A DNA stretch of 64,000 nucleotides from Candidatus Bathyarchaeota archaeon (GCA_963702095.1 OY969706.1:416001-480000), one strand, 5' to 3'. Shown: positions 39,342 to 49,709, numbered from the stretch's first letter. The notes: generated from the sequence alone by a model not told the origin. Made by a program: numbers and translations.

Positions 39342-39764
39342 TCAAATTCTGCCTTTTAACTGTGACCTAATAGTCTCTACACAAAAAGCTACCGCACACA
39401 CTGCAATAACAGCCGCCGCAAAAAAGTAGCCGCTTGTTACAGTGGCAGGCATAAAAAAAGTCAAATCAACTATAAGCGCAGCGACTGCAAAAATAGCGTA
39501 GAACAAGTATCTTGGAAAGAGGAAACGGCTGATTTTAACGGTGTCTTCTAAGATGACTTTGTCGATGACGTAGCTGCCGTTCTGCCGTTTCAGCAAACCA
39601 GCATCCTCCAGTTTATTGAGGTGATAAACCGCCAGCGACGGCGAGCTTAAGTTTAGGGCTCTTTGAACTTCGCGGGTTCCCTGGGGTTTGCCTTTTTTGA
39701 GCAGAAGACGGTAGACTTCAAGCGTTGTTCCCCGCAACACATCCTCCGTCTTATCTGAGCCCAT
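39342..39764 (-). CDS. Membrane-tethered HTH transcriptional regulator
   Basis: GTTL.VY..LL, REVQRAL.LSSPS...YHL.KL...GL, two C-terminal TM helices. Confidence 0.85.
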   Translation of the reverse strand: MGSDKTEDVLRGTTLEVYRLLLKKGKPQGTREVQRALNLSSPSLAVYHLNKLEDAGLLKRQNGSYVIDKVILEDTVKISRFLFPRYLFYAIFAVAALIVDLTFFMPATVTSGYFFAAAVIAVCAVAFCVETIRSQLKGRI

Positions 39765-39816
39765 GGTATACCCACTGTTTCTTTCCAGTAGAGATGGCTC
39801 TGATTTAAGGGCATCC

Positions 39817-39875
39817 GTGTTCAAAGCTTTAGAACGCCCGAGAACTCTTGAGATAATGTGTTCAACACTGTAGAA
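39817..39875. promoter_or_regulatory. Pair of GTTC-N9-GAA(C/T) operator-like sites in a divergent promoter
   Basis: GTGTTCAAAGCTTTAGAA (39817-39834) and GTGTTCAACACTGTAGAA (39858-39875), 41 bp apart. Confidence 0.6.
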
Positions 39876-39894
39876 TTAAGTATCCTCAGCCCCA

Positions 39895-40233
39895 TTGTTC
39901 TTCCATACAAGAACTCGGGAGAAACCAAAGGTGTTGGAAGACAGAAAATTCCTCTTAGCGGCATTTGCCTGTGGCTTGGCAGTTCTGCTCATCGTTGCAG
40001 GCGGCATAGTATACTCCAATATTCCTCAGTCACTCCAAGACGTAAAGGTCCAGCATCAAGTAGGTGATCTGCAATCAAACATTAACTATACCCAAACAGC
40101 CGCAGAAATTCTTCCCCAATCGCCTTCTAACATAATGGAAACCGCCTGTCATAATCTCTACAGTTCTACCCCTATAATATTTGAGGGCAACTGCACATAT
40201 GAACTGGTAACTCCAGGTTATACTAAGAAGTGA
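39895..40233 (+). CDS. Membrane-anchored hypothetical protein
   Basis: Single N-terminal TM. Confidence 0.5.
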   Translation: MFFHTRTREKPKVLEDRKFLLAAFACGLAVLLIVAGGIVYSNIPQSLQDVKVQHQVGDLQSNINYTQTAAEILPQSPSNIMETACHNLYSSTPIIFEGNCTYELVTPGYTKK

Positions 40234-40237
40234 CTCT

Positions 40238-41560
40238 ATGAGCGCCCAAAAAAACAAAACCATACTCGCAATAACCCTTGCGGTAGTAGCGGTTTTCTTA
40301 TTGGGCGGAGTCAGCTTCACCTATTTCCCGACTCAGTTGTCCCAACAGCAAAACCTGCCATCAGCGGCGCATATCCTGTGGACGGCACCAGCAGCATCCA
40401 ACACCAGTTACCAAGTGGTAGGTCCCACCTCAACCGACCATCAATACTACTGGGTTACAACACGGCATTTCCCCATGGATACCATTTGCGTCGGTAGCGA
40501 TGGAAGCCTCAACGCCACAAATGCGCCTATCCAGCGCGAGGGAAACACCTACACACTAACAGGTGACATAGTTAACGAAACCATTCTAATCCAGAAAGAC
40601 AACATAGTCCTCGATGGAGTCGGCTACACGTTGCAGGGTTGGTCACAAACCATCGGCGACCAAGCCACCGGAATAAGTATCCTAAACGGAAACAGCATAA
40701 CCATAACAGACCTCAACATCAAACAATTCACCATACCCATCTGGCTCCAAAACTCCACCAACATCAAGGTGGAAAACAACAACATAACACAGGGCTACCC
40801 ATACGCTATACTGATGGAATCCACAAACCAAATATCCATAGTAAACAACACTTTTTTGGGCTCAATGATTGAGTTAAACGATTGCTCAAACAATCTAATA
40901 GAGGGCAATACTTTTGGCAGTGGCTATACTGGGATTTCGGATTACGATGGCGGATGCGACAACTTGATTACGAAGAATACTTTTTTCTCGGTTAATGAGT
41001 CGATAATATTAGAAGGTGCCAATTCAGTGGTAACCCAAAACATGATGGTAAACGGCGATTGCGGGGTTTCGGTGAATGGTCAAAATTTTGTTGTCTCCAA
41101 AAACAGCATATACAACTGCACAACAGCCTTCTTTGTTAATTCACTAAACAGCAAAATATACGAAAATGACGTTTCAAATTCTTCCTTGGCTGTGATGCTT
41201 AACCTTGCTTCTCATGAGCCCCCGACAGGAAACAACACCTTTATCCAAAATAATTTTAGAAACTGCAGTAAACCCCTTCTGGTTTTATATCCATCTAACT
41301 TCCCAGATCACTGGGACGATGGCAGAGAAGGCAACTACTGGAGCAACTACACTGGGGCAGACGGCAACGGCGACGGCGTCGGCGATACACCTTACTTTTT
41401 GGCACAGAACTCCGCCGACAGGTACCCGCTAATGCAGCCCTACGTTACCCAATCAACCAACACCCAAATGGGCACTTATTTCTTCATCATTGCAGTCCTT
41501 GCAGCGCTGGTGGGAGCACTCGCAGCTATAGCGGTGTACATAAAATTCAAAGCCAATTAA
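40238..41560 (+). CDS. NosD-like parallel beta-helix surface protein
   Basis: Signal peptide, GNTYTLTGDI, Asn-ladder repeats, GNYWSNY.G.D..GDG.GDTPY, C-terminal TM. Confidence 0.88.
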   Translation: MSAQKNKTILAITLAVVAVFLLGGVSFTYFPTQLSQQQNLPSAAHILWTAPAASNTSYQVVGPTSTDHQYYWVTTRHFPMDTICVGSDGSLNATNAPIQREGNTYTLTGDIVNETILIQKDNIVLDGVGYTLQGWSQTIGDQATGISILNGNSITITDLNIKQFTIPIWLQNSTNIKVENNNITQGYPYAILMESTNQISIVNNTFLGSMIELNDCSNNLIEGNTFGSGYTGISDYDGGCDNLITKNTFFSVNESIILEGANSVVTQNMMVNGDCGVSVNGQNFVVSKNSIYNCTTAFFVNSLNSKIYENDVSNSSLAVMLNLASHEPPTGNNTFIQNNFRNCSKPLLVLYPSNFPDHWDDGREGNYWSNYTGADGNGDGVGDTPYFLAQNSADRYPLMQPYVTQSTNTQMGTYFFIIAVLAALVGALAAIAVYIKFKAN

Positions 41561-41692
41561 CGGGTGCGCCAACGCATTTTTCCATGGTTTGGCTGTTTCT
41601 TGCCTTTTTCGCTTAATTAGACTACCCTAAATGAATAAATATTGCCTGTATCAAATTGCAAGAATTACGGGGGTCTTTTTTTGATAAAAAAA

Positions 41693-41980
41693 TTAGGCAT
41701 TATCTTCAGCTGGTTCGGCTGGAGGTAATGCTTCGTCTTCTGGGATTTCTTGTGGTTCTTCGGCTCCTTTTGACATGACCGCAACGATTAATGAGAAGAT
41801 GGTGACTAGCAAATAGGGCATTATCGTTGAGAGGACTACGAAAGTGACGTATTCTATGGGCGGCTCGGTGTAAGTCATTCCAAGTGTGAGGTAAGTGATT
41901 ATGGCTAAGATAACAGTGATTACGGCGGCTGTGAGGGTGAAGTAGGTGGCTATTTTGCCTATTAGTTTCCAGTTTTTCAT
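41693..41980 (-). CDS. Small two-TM protein with acidic tail
   Basis: Hydrophobic ORF. Confidence 0.7.
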   Translation of the reverse strand: MKNWKLIGKIATYFTLTAAVITVILAIITYLTLGMTYTEPPIEYVTFVVLSTIMPYLLVTIFSLIVAVMSKGAEEPQEIPEDEALPPAEPAEDNA

Positions 41981-42083
41981 GGAGTTATACCTAACTGTGG
42001 GTTAGGCGCTTGATTGCTATTTTAAGTTATGCCCGAATCCACCGCACACTACGAATTGTCGATAATGCTAAAATGTCAATCCG

Positions 42084-42455
42084 CTATATTCCTTCGGTTT
42101 CAACCCACTTCAAACTCTTCAAATCAGTAATCCGCTTATCAAGAAGCTTAACCAATTCCTGCCGCAACTGCTCCCCACTCATGCCCCTTTTGATGAAGCA
42201 TAGGCTGTTTGCGAAGTCTCTGTCACCTAAGGTGTCGTCGATCCACCTTTGTATGTCGCCTCGGTAATAGTGATAGGCGACTGAGTCGGAGTCGATGGTT
42301 TTGAGTTTATCTGAGAAGTCTTCTAGGCTAAGGGCGGTTGTGCCGGTGTAGGTGCCTGTTTGGATGTTAAAGTGGAATCCGTTTTCGTAGGGTACTGTTC
42401 TTAGTATGGTTGTGCTGTCTTTTTCCTCTATGTTTTCTTGTTCATAAGCTGTCAA
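42084..42455 (-). CDS. DUF5752-like protein
   Basis: F.F....G.YTG..A.SL..F...L..I...S..YH..RGD..RWI...LGD. Confidence 0.75.
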   Translation of the reverse strand: MTAYEQENIEEKDSTTILRTVPYENGFHFNIQTGTYTGTTALSLEDFSDKLKTIDSDSVAYHYYRGDIQRWIDDTLGDRDFANSLCFIKRGMSGEQLRQELVKLLDKRITDLKSLKWVETEGI

Positions 42456-42980
42456 AACAAATTCTCCTCTTTAAACTCAGTCAGGGTTGGATATAGCTTG
42501 TTGTTGTGGTAGATAGGCAATTACAAACAGGTTCATGCCTACCTTTTTAAGCCAGATAGGAGCAGAGCTTGTTTTTTCTCCTTTTTCCTCAGCTCTTTTT
42601 CTCTTATAATCTGCTTGTGGTGTTCTAATCCTTCGATTTTCTCTTTTTTACTCTTATGCATACTAAGCACCAAAACACATCTATCGTAATTAGCGCGGAA
42701 CGATAAATATTGTAGCTTGAAAGATGCGAAGCCAAACGTTGGAGTTAAGGGCTGAAATTACCCTAAAAAATGCTTAGAAAACGATTTTTAGTGCAAATGG
42801 TGGGTTTTTTGGGTAAACTATAAAAGCGTAAAAGTAATCCAGAAACTGTACACCTCACGCGTTCGAATAGTTCCTTCGCAGGAACAACCACTCAGTCAGT
42901 TAAGAGTAAAATCTTAGTTGTGATACGGAAAGCCATATAAATTGCTTTTACGTGTTTGTTTGCGCATCGGAGATATAAAA

Positions 42981-43466
42981 ATGCCAAAATGGGGCTACTC
43001 AATAATCGAAGAAATGCTTAATCCAGAAAAAACAGCGAAAGCCAGTGGAAGAGAACTAAAGGTTTCCCACAAAGCCGCACGTGAAGTAGCAAAAGCTATC
43101 CGCGGCATGGACCTTGCCCCAGCCAAAGATTTCCTGCGCGACGTCGCCATCAAAAAGCGACCTGTCCCCTACACCAGATACATTAAGAAACTTGGCCACA
43201 AAGGCGGCATGGAGAATTGTGGCGTAGGTCGATACCCCATAAAAACTGCTGAAGCAGTCCTCCTTGTTTTGCAGGCTGCTCAGGCCAACGCAGAAAACAA
43301 GGGCTTAGACGTTGATCGCCTCCGAATCATGCACAGCGCCGCATATCAAGGTGTCAAACTTAAGCGTTACACCCCGCGAGCACACGGCAGAGCATCACCA
43401 AAATATGATATCATGACTCACATAGAAATCGTGCTCGAAGAGAAACCCACATCAGGAGAACAGTAA
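42981..43466 (+). CDS. rpl22: 50S ribosomal protein uL22
   Basis: GRYP.K, NAENKGLD, PRAHGRA. Confidence 0.97.
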   Translation: MPKWGYSIIEEMLNPEKTAKASGRELKVSHKAAREVAKAIRGMDLAPAKDFLRDVAIKKRPVPYTRYIKKLGHKGGMENCGVGRYPIKTAEAVLLVLQAAQANAENKGLDVDRLRIMHSAAYQGVKLKRYTPRAHGRASPKYDIMTHIEIVLEEKPTSGEQ

Positions 43467-44201
43467 ATGAGCATAGTAAAAAGGTTCATAACAGAATCAA
43501 TTAAACGCACAGAAATAGATGAGTTTTTACAGAGAAAACTTGAAAGAGCCGGATACGGCGGAGTCAACTTGTCCAAAACCCCGCTGGGCACCCACGTAGT
43601 CATCTACGCCATGCGCCCCGGCTTAGTTATCGGCAGAGGCGGAGAAACCATCAAAGAACTCGCCGCTTCTCTGGAACGCAACTTCAAAGTTTCCAATCCA
43701 CAGATTTCAGTTTCAGAAATTGAAGTCCCAGAATTCAACGCCCACGTCGTCGCAAACCGCGTTACCTCAGCATTAGAACGCGGTGTCCACTTCAGACGCG
43801 CAGGTTTCTGGGCACTCAACCAAGTTATGGAAGCAGGCGCACTCGGAGCTGAAATCGTTATCAGCGGCAAATTAACCACTGAACGCGCACGCTTCGAGAA
43901 ATTTAGGGCAGGTCACTTTCCCATCGTCGGCGAACCAGCCGCACGCGCCATGCGAACCGCCGAAGCACATGTCCAGCTTAAACCCGGCATGATCGGGGTC
44001 CGAGTGAAGCTTATGCCTGCAGACGCATTCTTCCCAGACAAAGTCACAATCATAGAACCTGAACCTGAAACCGAAGCAGCAGTCGTCGTAACCAGCGAAC
44101 CAACTCCCGCACCAACTCCAGCAGCACCAGCATCCGCACCTGAACCAGCCCAAGAAGCAGCACCTGAAACAGAAACTAAACCAGCGGAGGAGAAACAGTA
44201 A
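43467..44201 (+). CDS. rps3: 30S ribosomal protein uS3 with Pro/Ala/Glu C-terminal tail
   Basis: RPGLVIGRGG KH domain, ERG.HFRRAG. Confidence 0.97.
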   Translation: MSIVKRFITESIKRTEIDEFLQRKLERAGYGGVNLSKTPLGTHVVIYAMRPGLVIGRGGETIKELAASLERNFKVSNPQISVSEIEVPEFNAHVVANRVTSALERGVHFRRAGFWALNQVMEAGALGAEIVISGKLTTERARFEKFRAGHFPIVGEPAARAMRTAEAHVQLKPGMIGVRVKLMPADAFFPDKVTIIEPEPETEAAVVVTSEPTPAPTPAAPASAPEPAQEAAPETETKPAEEKQ

Positions 44202-44515
44202 TGCCAGTTATGCGTATCAAAGAAATCGCGGCCCTATCAGAGGAAGCACGTGAACAGCGCCTGATCGATTTCCGTACTGAGCTTGCACGCATTAGAACCA
44301 TGGTTAACGCAGGCGGCGCCGTAGAAAACCCTACCCGCATCCGCCAACTGCGCAAGACCATCGCTCAAATCCTCACCATTGAGAATGAACAGAAACTTGG
44401 GCTCCGCAAGGCTCCTGTAGCTGAAAAGAAAGAGGAAAAACCCGCTAAGAAAGCTAAGCCCAAAAAAGAGGTTAAAGAAACAACAGAAGAACCTGAGGAG
44501 AAAGCTTCCCAATGA
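44201..44515 (+). CDS. rpl29: 50S ribosomal protein uL29 with Lys/Glu tail
   Basis: GGAVENP.RIR.LRKTIA.ILT. Confidence 0.95.
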   Translation: MPVMRIKEIAALSEEAREQRLIDFRTELARIRTMVNAGGAVENPTRIRQLRKTIAQILTIENEQKLGLRKAPVAEKKEEKPAKKAKPKKEVKETTEEPEEKASQ

Positions 44516-44793
44516 AAGTAACTCCAGACATTATCCGTTATGAATTCATCGGAGCAAAAGGATTAGTCGCCCAAAGCCCCAACCCAAACCTGATGGGTGT
44601 AGGCGGCTTAGTTGTAGGTGAAACCCGCAACACCTTCACTTTCCAAGGCGAAGGCAGAACACGCAGCGTCATAAAGGAAGCTGCAACATTCGATTTTACC
44701 TTCGACGACGGCGCAGTCGTTGAGATTGATGGTAAACTACTGGTCGCCAGCTCAGAAGACCGGCTTAAGAAAAGCGTAAAGAGGTTATGGTAA
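44512..44793 (+). CDS. rnp1: Ribonuclease P protein component 1 (Rpp29)
   Basis: EFIG, G.VV.ETRNT, EIDG..L....EDRLK; canonical operon position. Confidence 0.92.
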   Translation: MKVTPDIIRYEFIGAKGLVAQSPNPNLMGVGGLVVGETRNTFTFQGEGRTRSVIKEAATFDFTFDDGAVVEIDGKLLVASSEDRLKKSVKRLW

Positions 44794-44794
44794 T

Positions 44795-45115
44795 ATGTCA
44801 ATGAGTTTCAAGCAACCAAAAAAGACCTGTGACGACAAAAACTGTCCCTTCCACGGATCCCTCCCAATTCGAGGTCGAGTACTAGAAGGCGTAGTTCACA
44901 CAGCCAAGATGGACAAAACCGTTATCGTTGACCGAGAATTCATGCAGTTCTCATCAAAATTCGTCCGATATGAACGCAGACACGGACACATCCCATCACA
45001 CAATCCACCATGTTTAGACGTTAAAGAAGGCGACCGCGTTAAAATCGCTGAGTGTAGACCACTGAGCAAAACGGTTTCCTTCGTAGTTGTTGAAAAAGTA
45101 GGAGAAGAGAAGTAA
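44795..45115 (+). CDS. rps17: 30S ribosomal protein uS17
   Basis: CPFHG, ECRPLSKT. Confidence 0.97.
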   Translation: MSMSFKQPKKTCDDKNCPFHGSLPIRGRVLEGVVHTAKMDKTVIVDREFMQFSSKFVRYERRHGHIPSHNPPCLDVKEGDRVKIAECRPLSKTVSFVVVEKVGEEK

Positions 45116-45116
45116 A

Positions 45117-45560
45117 ATGTGTGCAGCGAAAGCAAAACAGAGAGCATTAACCGCAAAAGGCATGCTATCACACGGACAAAAAATCAGCCGTGGCTTACTT
45201 GCAGGCTCAGAAATGAAATGCGCAGACAACACCGGCGCACGTGTCCTACGCTTAATACAAGCCATGGGCTACAAGGGCAGACTAAGACGTTACCCATCCG
45301 CCACAGTCGGCGACAAAGTCACCGTCTCCGTCCGCCAAGGCTCACCGGACATGCGTAAAAAAATGTTCCAGGCAATCATTGTCCGCCAAAGAAAAACGTA
45401 CCGCCGCATCGACGGCGTCTGGATTCAATTTGAAGATAACGCAGCAGTCATCATTACTCCAGAAGGCGAAATGAAAGGCTCAGAAATCCGTGGCCCCGTA
45501 GCCAGAGAAGCAGCTGAAAGATGGCCAAGAATCGCAAGCGCCTCAAGCATAATAGTGTAG
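45117..45560 (+). CDS. rpl14: 50S ribosomal protein uL14
   Basis: CADNTGA, FEDNAAV, GPVAREAAERWP. Confidence 0.98.
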   Translation: MCAAKAKQRALTAKGMLSHGQKISRGLLAGSEMKCADNTGARVLRLIQAMGYKGRLRRYPSATVGDKVTVSVRQGSPDMRKKMFQAIIVRQRKTYRRIDGVWIQFEDNAAVIITPEGEMKGSEIRGPVAREAAERWPRIASASSIIV

Positions 45561-45573
45561 GAGAATAAAGATA

Positions 45574-46176
45574 ATGCAGAAATCAGTAAAAGACCCCAGT
45601 AAACAAAGAAAAAGGCTTTTCAACGCCCCAGCCCACATACGCCACAAAATGATGGCTGCGCCGCTCTCAAGTGAACTTCAAGCTTCAAGAGGCGCAAAAA
45701 CCCTGCCCGTCCGCAGAGGCGACACCGTTCGCATCTTACGCGGCGACAACAAGGGTTTCGAAGGCAAAGTTTCACGTGTCGACCTCAAAGCCTACCGAAT
45801 CTACATGGAAGGCTTAACACGTGAAAAAGTCGACGGAACCAACATTTTCTTGGCAGTTCACCCATCCAAAGTCCAAATACGCAACCTAAACCTCGACGAC
45901 AAATACCGCAAAGACACCATCATTGGACGCAAACAAGCGCCCGCGAAAAAAGAGAACAAAAAGCCGAAAGCTCAGCCAGCCAAAGCTGCAAAGGCTCCAA
46001 CCAAGAAAAAGGCTAAGGTTGAAGAAGAACCAGAAATCGAAGAAGAAGCGGCGCCTGAAGAAGTTGAAGAAGAGAAAGCACCAGCCGAAAATGAAGCCGC
46101 CGAAAAAGAAACAGAGGAAGAAGAAGCCGCACCTAAAAAGCGCGCTGAGAAAGCCTCTGCAAAAGGAGGAGAATAA
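45574..46176 (+). CDS. rpl24: 50S ribosomal protein uL24 with long charged tail
   Basis: KQRK, GD.V...RG, HPSKV. Confidence 0.96.
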   Translation: MQKSVKDPSKQRKRLFNAPAHIRHKMMAAPLSSELQASRGAKTLPVRRGDTVRILRGDNKGFEGKVSRVDLKAYRIYMEGLTREKVDGTNIFLAVHPSKVQIRNLNLDDKYRKDTIIGRKQAPAKKENKKPKAQPAKAAKAPTKKKAKVEEEPEIEEEAAPEEVEEEKAPAENEAAEKETEEEEAAPKKRAEKASAKGGE

Positions 46177-46178
46177 GT

Positions 46179-46943
46179 TTGGGTAAAAAAGGAAAGACCG
46201 CACGTTTGAAACGTAAGCCAGCACCAGCATTCTGGCAGATTCACAGAAAAGAATTACCTTGGGTAGTTAAGCCTTCATCAGGTTCACATTCACTACACAA
46301 ATGTCTACCCTTAACCTTGGTTTTACGTGACATGCTAGGTGTAGCTCAAACAAGAAAAGAAGGCAAAATCGTCATTGCGCAAGGCAAAGTGATAGTCAAC
46401 GGGAAAGTCTACAGAAAAGACGATATCCCAGTTGGCTTAATGGATGTCATTGCTTTACCTGACAGCGGCAAATACTACAGAGTTATGCCTTCACACAAAG
46501 GACTCATTGTAGCTCCAATAAGCAAAGAAGAATCCAACACCTCTTTGCTGCGAGTCGAAAGCAAAACCACAGTATCTAACGGAGTACAAATTGCCGTTCA
46601 CGACGGCTCAGTTATGCTAGTCAAAGTTGCGGACCCAAAGAAACCCACAGAAGTCACCTACGACACATTCGACGTTCTCAAAGTCACCTATCCAGATAAA
46701 ACCGTAACACAAACCCTCAAAACCAAAGAGGGCACTCTTGCATTAATTACAGGCGGCAAAAACATTGGCAAAATGGGCAAAATCGTAGAAATCGAAAAAA
46801 CAGAAGCCAAGAAACGCCGCCAAGCCCTCGTCGTCATCGAAGACGCCCAAGGCCAACGTTACCAAACAATCCTTGACTTTATCTTCAGCATAGGTGAAAC
46901 TGCACCATTGATCAACACTTTGGAGGCATTAACAGTTGAGTGA
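46179..46943 (+). CDS. rps4e: 30S ribosomal protein eS4
   Basis: LKR..AP..W.I.RK, PVGLMDV, TGGKNIG. Confidence 0.97.
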   Translation: MGKKGKTARLKRKPAPAFWQIHRKELPWVVKPSSGSHSLHKCLPLTLVLRDMLGVAQTRKEGKIVIAQGKVIVNGKVYRKDDIPVGLMDVIALPDSGKYYRVMPSHKGLIVAPISKEESNTSLLRVESKTTVSNGVQIAVHDGSVMLVKVADPKKPTEVTYDTFDVLKVTYPDKTVTQTLKTKEGTLALITGGKNIGKMGKIVEIEKTEAKKRRQALVVIEDAQGQRYQTILDFIFSIGETAPLINTLEALTVE

Positions 46944-47478
46944 AGAAGAAGCAATGATTAAGACTTGGGAAGAGTGCCCGATGCTTAAACCACGCATCGA
47001 AAAAGTCGTGGTTAACCTCAACGTCGGCAAATCAGGTGAACCCCTAGAAAAAGCCAACAGAGTCCTCGAAGAAATCACCGGACGCACCCCAGTTAAACGA
47101 AAAGCCAAAAGCACCATCCGCGACTTCGGCATACGTGAAGGCGAATCCATCGCAGTTGTCGTAACCCTGCGCAAACAAGAAGCACTTGCCTTCCTAAAGA
47201 AAGTCATGCCAGTCATCGATAACAAAGTCGCTAAACGCGCTTTTGATGTCCGCGGAAACTTTAGCTTCGGACTCAAAGAACACATCGACATCCCAGGCGT
47301 CAAATATGACCCAGAAATCGGCATATTCGGCATGGACATCTGCGTTACCGTTAACCGTCCAGGTCAACGCATCAAAATCCGCAAACGCCAAAGCCAACCA
47401 ATCGGTCCCAAGCACGTGTTAACACCTGAAGAATCAATTCTCTTCATAAAACAAACGTTAGGAGTAGAAATCGTCTAA
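46936..47478 (+). CDS. rpl5: 50S ribosomal protein uL5
   Basis: KVVVN..VG, GNFSFG..EHID.PG.KYDP.IGI.GMD. Confidence 0.98.
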   Translation: MSEEEAMIKTWEECPMLKPRIEKVVVNLNVGKSGEPLEKANRVLEEITGRTPVKRKAKSTIRDFGIREGESIAVVVTLRKQEALAFLKKVMPVIDNKVAKRAFDVRGNFSFGLKEHIDIPGVKYDPEIGIFGMDICVTVNRPGQRIKIRKRQSQPIGPKHVLTPEESILFIKQTLGVEIV

Positions 47479-47494
47479 AACAGAGAGTGAATGT

Positions 47495-47659
47495 ATGGGA
47501 AAACAGCAAGTCAAGAAAGAACGAAAATACGGCAAAGGCGCACGTCCATGTGTAAGATGCGGTTCTTACGGTCCCGTTATCAGACGTTACAATTTATATT
47601 TATGTAGGACATGTTTTAGAGAGGCTGCTCCAAAATTGGGTTTCAAAAAATATGAGTAG
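47495..47659 (+). CDS. rps14: 30S ribosomal protein uS14 (zinc-binding; not in the ORF track)
   Basis: Manual translation [54 protein letters not shown]. Confidence 0.96.
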   Translation: MGKQQVKKERKYGKGARPCVRCGSYGPVIRRYNLYLCRTCFREAAPKLGFKKYE

Positions 47660-47674
47660 GAGCTAAGAAAGAAA

Positions 47675-48058
47675 ATGGACACTTTAACAAACGGTCTCAT
47701 AACCATCATAAACAACGAAACACGCAACAAACGTGAATGCATCATTAGCCCTGCCTCTAAACTTTTGGGGCGCGTCCTACGCATCATGCAACTTAACGGT
47801 TACATAGGCGAATTCGAATTCATCGATGATGGACGTCAAGGAAAATTCAAAGTCCAACTCCTCGGCAGAATCAACAAGTGTGGCCCAGTTAAACCACGCT
47901 TTGCCGTAAAATCCACGGAGTACGAGGACTGGGAAAAGAAATTCCTCCCCTCCAGAGACGTCGGCATCATGGTTGTATCCACATCTAAAGGCGTCATCGC
48001 CCACAAGGATGCAGAACAAAAGAACATCGGAGGAAGGCTCTTAGCCTTCGTGTATTAG
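47675..48058 (+). CDS. rps8: 30S ribosomal protein uS8
   Basis: GYIGEFEFIDDGR, INKCG, GGRLLAFVY. Confidence 0.98.
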   Translation: MDTLTNGLITIINNETRNKRECIISPASKLLGRVLRIMQLNGYIGEFEFIDDGRQGKFKVQLLGRINKCGPVKPRFAVKSTEYEDWEKKFLPSRDVGIMVVSTSKGVIAHKDAEQKNIGGRLLAFVY

Positions 48059-48070
48059 GAGAAGAAACTT

Positions 48071-48616
48071 ATGCGGCTTCCAGAAGTATCAAGAACCATC
48101 GAAGTTCCAGACGACGTAACCCTCAGTGTAGTTGACAAAAAAGTCAGCGTTAAAGGTGCCAAAGGAAACCTTACCCGCGACTTCTCCTATGCAACAGTAG
48201 CCATAGAAGGCGAAGGCAAAAACGTCCGCATATTCGCCAAGTGGCCACGCAAAAAGGAAACCGCCCTCGTAGGAACCATCTACTCACACATCAACAACAT
48301 GATCACAGGCGTAACCAAAGGCTACTCCTACAAGCTGAAAATCGTCTTCTCACACTTCCCCATATCTGTGAAACTCCAAGGCAAATCCGTCCTCATCGAA
48401 AACTTTACAGGAGAACGCAGACCACGCCGAGTTGACATTCTAGGCGAAGTCAAAGTCAAAATCGAACCAGAAGACATCATCATCCAAGGCACAAACCTTG
48501 AAGAAGTCAGCCAAACCGCCGCCAACATCGAACAGTCCACAAAGGTACGGGGAAAAGACCCACGCGTCTTCCTAGACGGCATCTACATTTATGAACGAAA
48601 CGAAGGAATGGCATAA
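48071..48616 (+). CDS. rpl6: 50S ribosomal protein uL6
   Basis: NMITGV..G, SHFPI, DPRVF.DGIY. Confidence 0.98.
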   Translation: MRLPEVSRTIEVPDDVTLSVVDKKVSVKGAKGNLTRDFSYATVAIEGEGKNVRIFAKWPRKKETALVGTIYSHINNMITGVTKGYSYKLKIVFSHFPISVKLQGKSVLIENFTGERRPRRVDILGEVKVKIEPEDIIIQGTNLEEVSQTAANIEQSTKVRGKDPRVFLDGIYIYERNEGMA

Positions 48617-49257
48617 TGAGCGAAAAGAAAATTTCACCCTCACGCAAAGAACTCCGCCTAAGGGAACGCGCTAGAAACAAGAAGCCCAAGTTTGTACGGG
48701 CGGAAAGCTGGAAATACGACCGCTTCAGCTTAAGCTGGCGCCGACCACGCGGACTCGACAACAAGATCCGCCGAAAAATCCTCGGTTGGCCTCCAGGACC
48801 AAGCATGGGTTACAAGGGCCCTAAAGTTGCCCGCGGCGTTCACCCATCAGGTTACCGTGAAGTTATCGTTTACAACGTAGCAGACCTATCTGGCGTAGAC
48901 ATCAACACTCAAGCAGTCCGCATCGCCCACACAGTCGGTAAACGCAAACGCGCAGACATCATTGCCAAAGCCAAAGAACTCAACCTTAAAATCCTAAACA
49001 TCAAAGTCTCCGCTGAAGCCGAAGCAGTAGAAACTGAAGAGAAAGAAGAAGCAGAGGAAACCGAAGAAACAACCGAAGAAGAATCCGCTGAAGAGAAAAA
49101 GGAAGCCAAGGTCGAAAAGAAGAAGCCTAAGCCTAAAGCAAAGAAAGAAGAGGCAAAACCCAAAGCAAAAAAGCCCAAAGAAAAAGCCAAGGCTGCACCC
49201 AAAAAGAAAGAAACTAAATCGAAAACTAAACCCAAGAAAGGAGACAAAAAGCAATGA
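48616..49257 (+). CDS. rpl32e: 50S ribosomal protein eL32 with acidic-then-basic tail
   Basis: WRRPRG.DNK, RG.HPSG. Confidence 0.96.
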   Translation: MSEKKISPSRKELRLRERARNKKPKFVRAESWKYDRFSLSWRRPRGLDNKIRRKILGWPPGPSMGYKGPKVARGVHPSGYREVIVYNVADLSGVDINTQAVRIAHTVGKRKRADIIAKAKELNLKILNIKVSAEAEAVETEEKEEAEETEETTEEESAEEKKEAKVEKKKPKPKAKKEEAKPKAKKPKEKAKAAPKKKETKSKTKPKKGDKKQ

Positions 49258-49709
49258 CTGACTTAAGTGGACAAAGACGGCTCGCGGCTCAAATTCTCAA
49301 AATCGGTCAGAACCGAGTTTGGATTAACCCCGCACGCATGGACGACGTGGACGGAGCAATTACACGTGAAGAAATCCGCAAGCTGATCCACGAGAAAATC
49401 ATCGTTTCATTACCCGAGAAAGGCGTAAGCCGCTCTAGGGCAAAAACCATCCGAGCAAAGAAACGCCTAGGTCGCCGCCGAGGAATGGGCAGCGTTACCG
49501 GCGCAGGCTACGCAAAAGTCACTCAGAAAGACGCTTGGATGCTAAAAATCCGTTCGTTGCGGCGTAAACTCCGCGCGCTCAAAGCCAGCCGAGTGATAGC
49601 TGAAACCACCTATACCCAGTACTATAGGATGGCGGGCAGTGGACGATTCGATTCTATCGCAGAGTTAGAACGCAACTTAAAAGAGCATGACTTATGGAGG
49701 AAACGTTAA
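49254..49709 (+). CDS. rpl19e: 50S ribosomal protein eL19
   Basis: QRRLAA.IL..G..RVWI.P, AITREEIRKLI. Confidence 0.97.
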   Translation: MTDLSGQRRLAAQILKIGQNRVWINPARMDDVDGAITREEIRKLIHEKIIVSLPEKGVSRSRAKTIRAKKRLGRRRGMGSVTGAGYAKVTQKDAWMLKIRSLRRKLRALKASRVIAETTYTQYYRMAGSGRFDSIAELERNLKEHDLWRKR

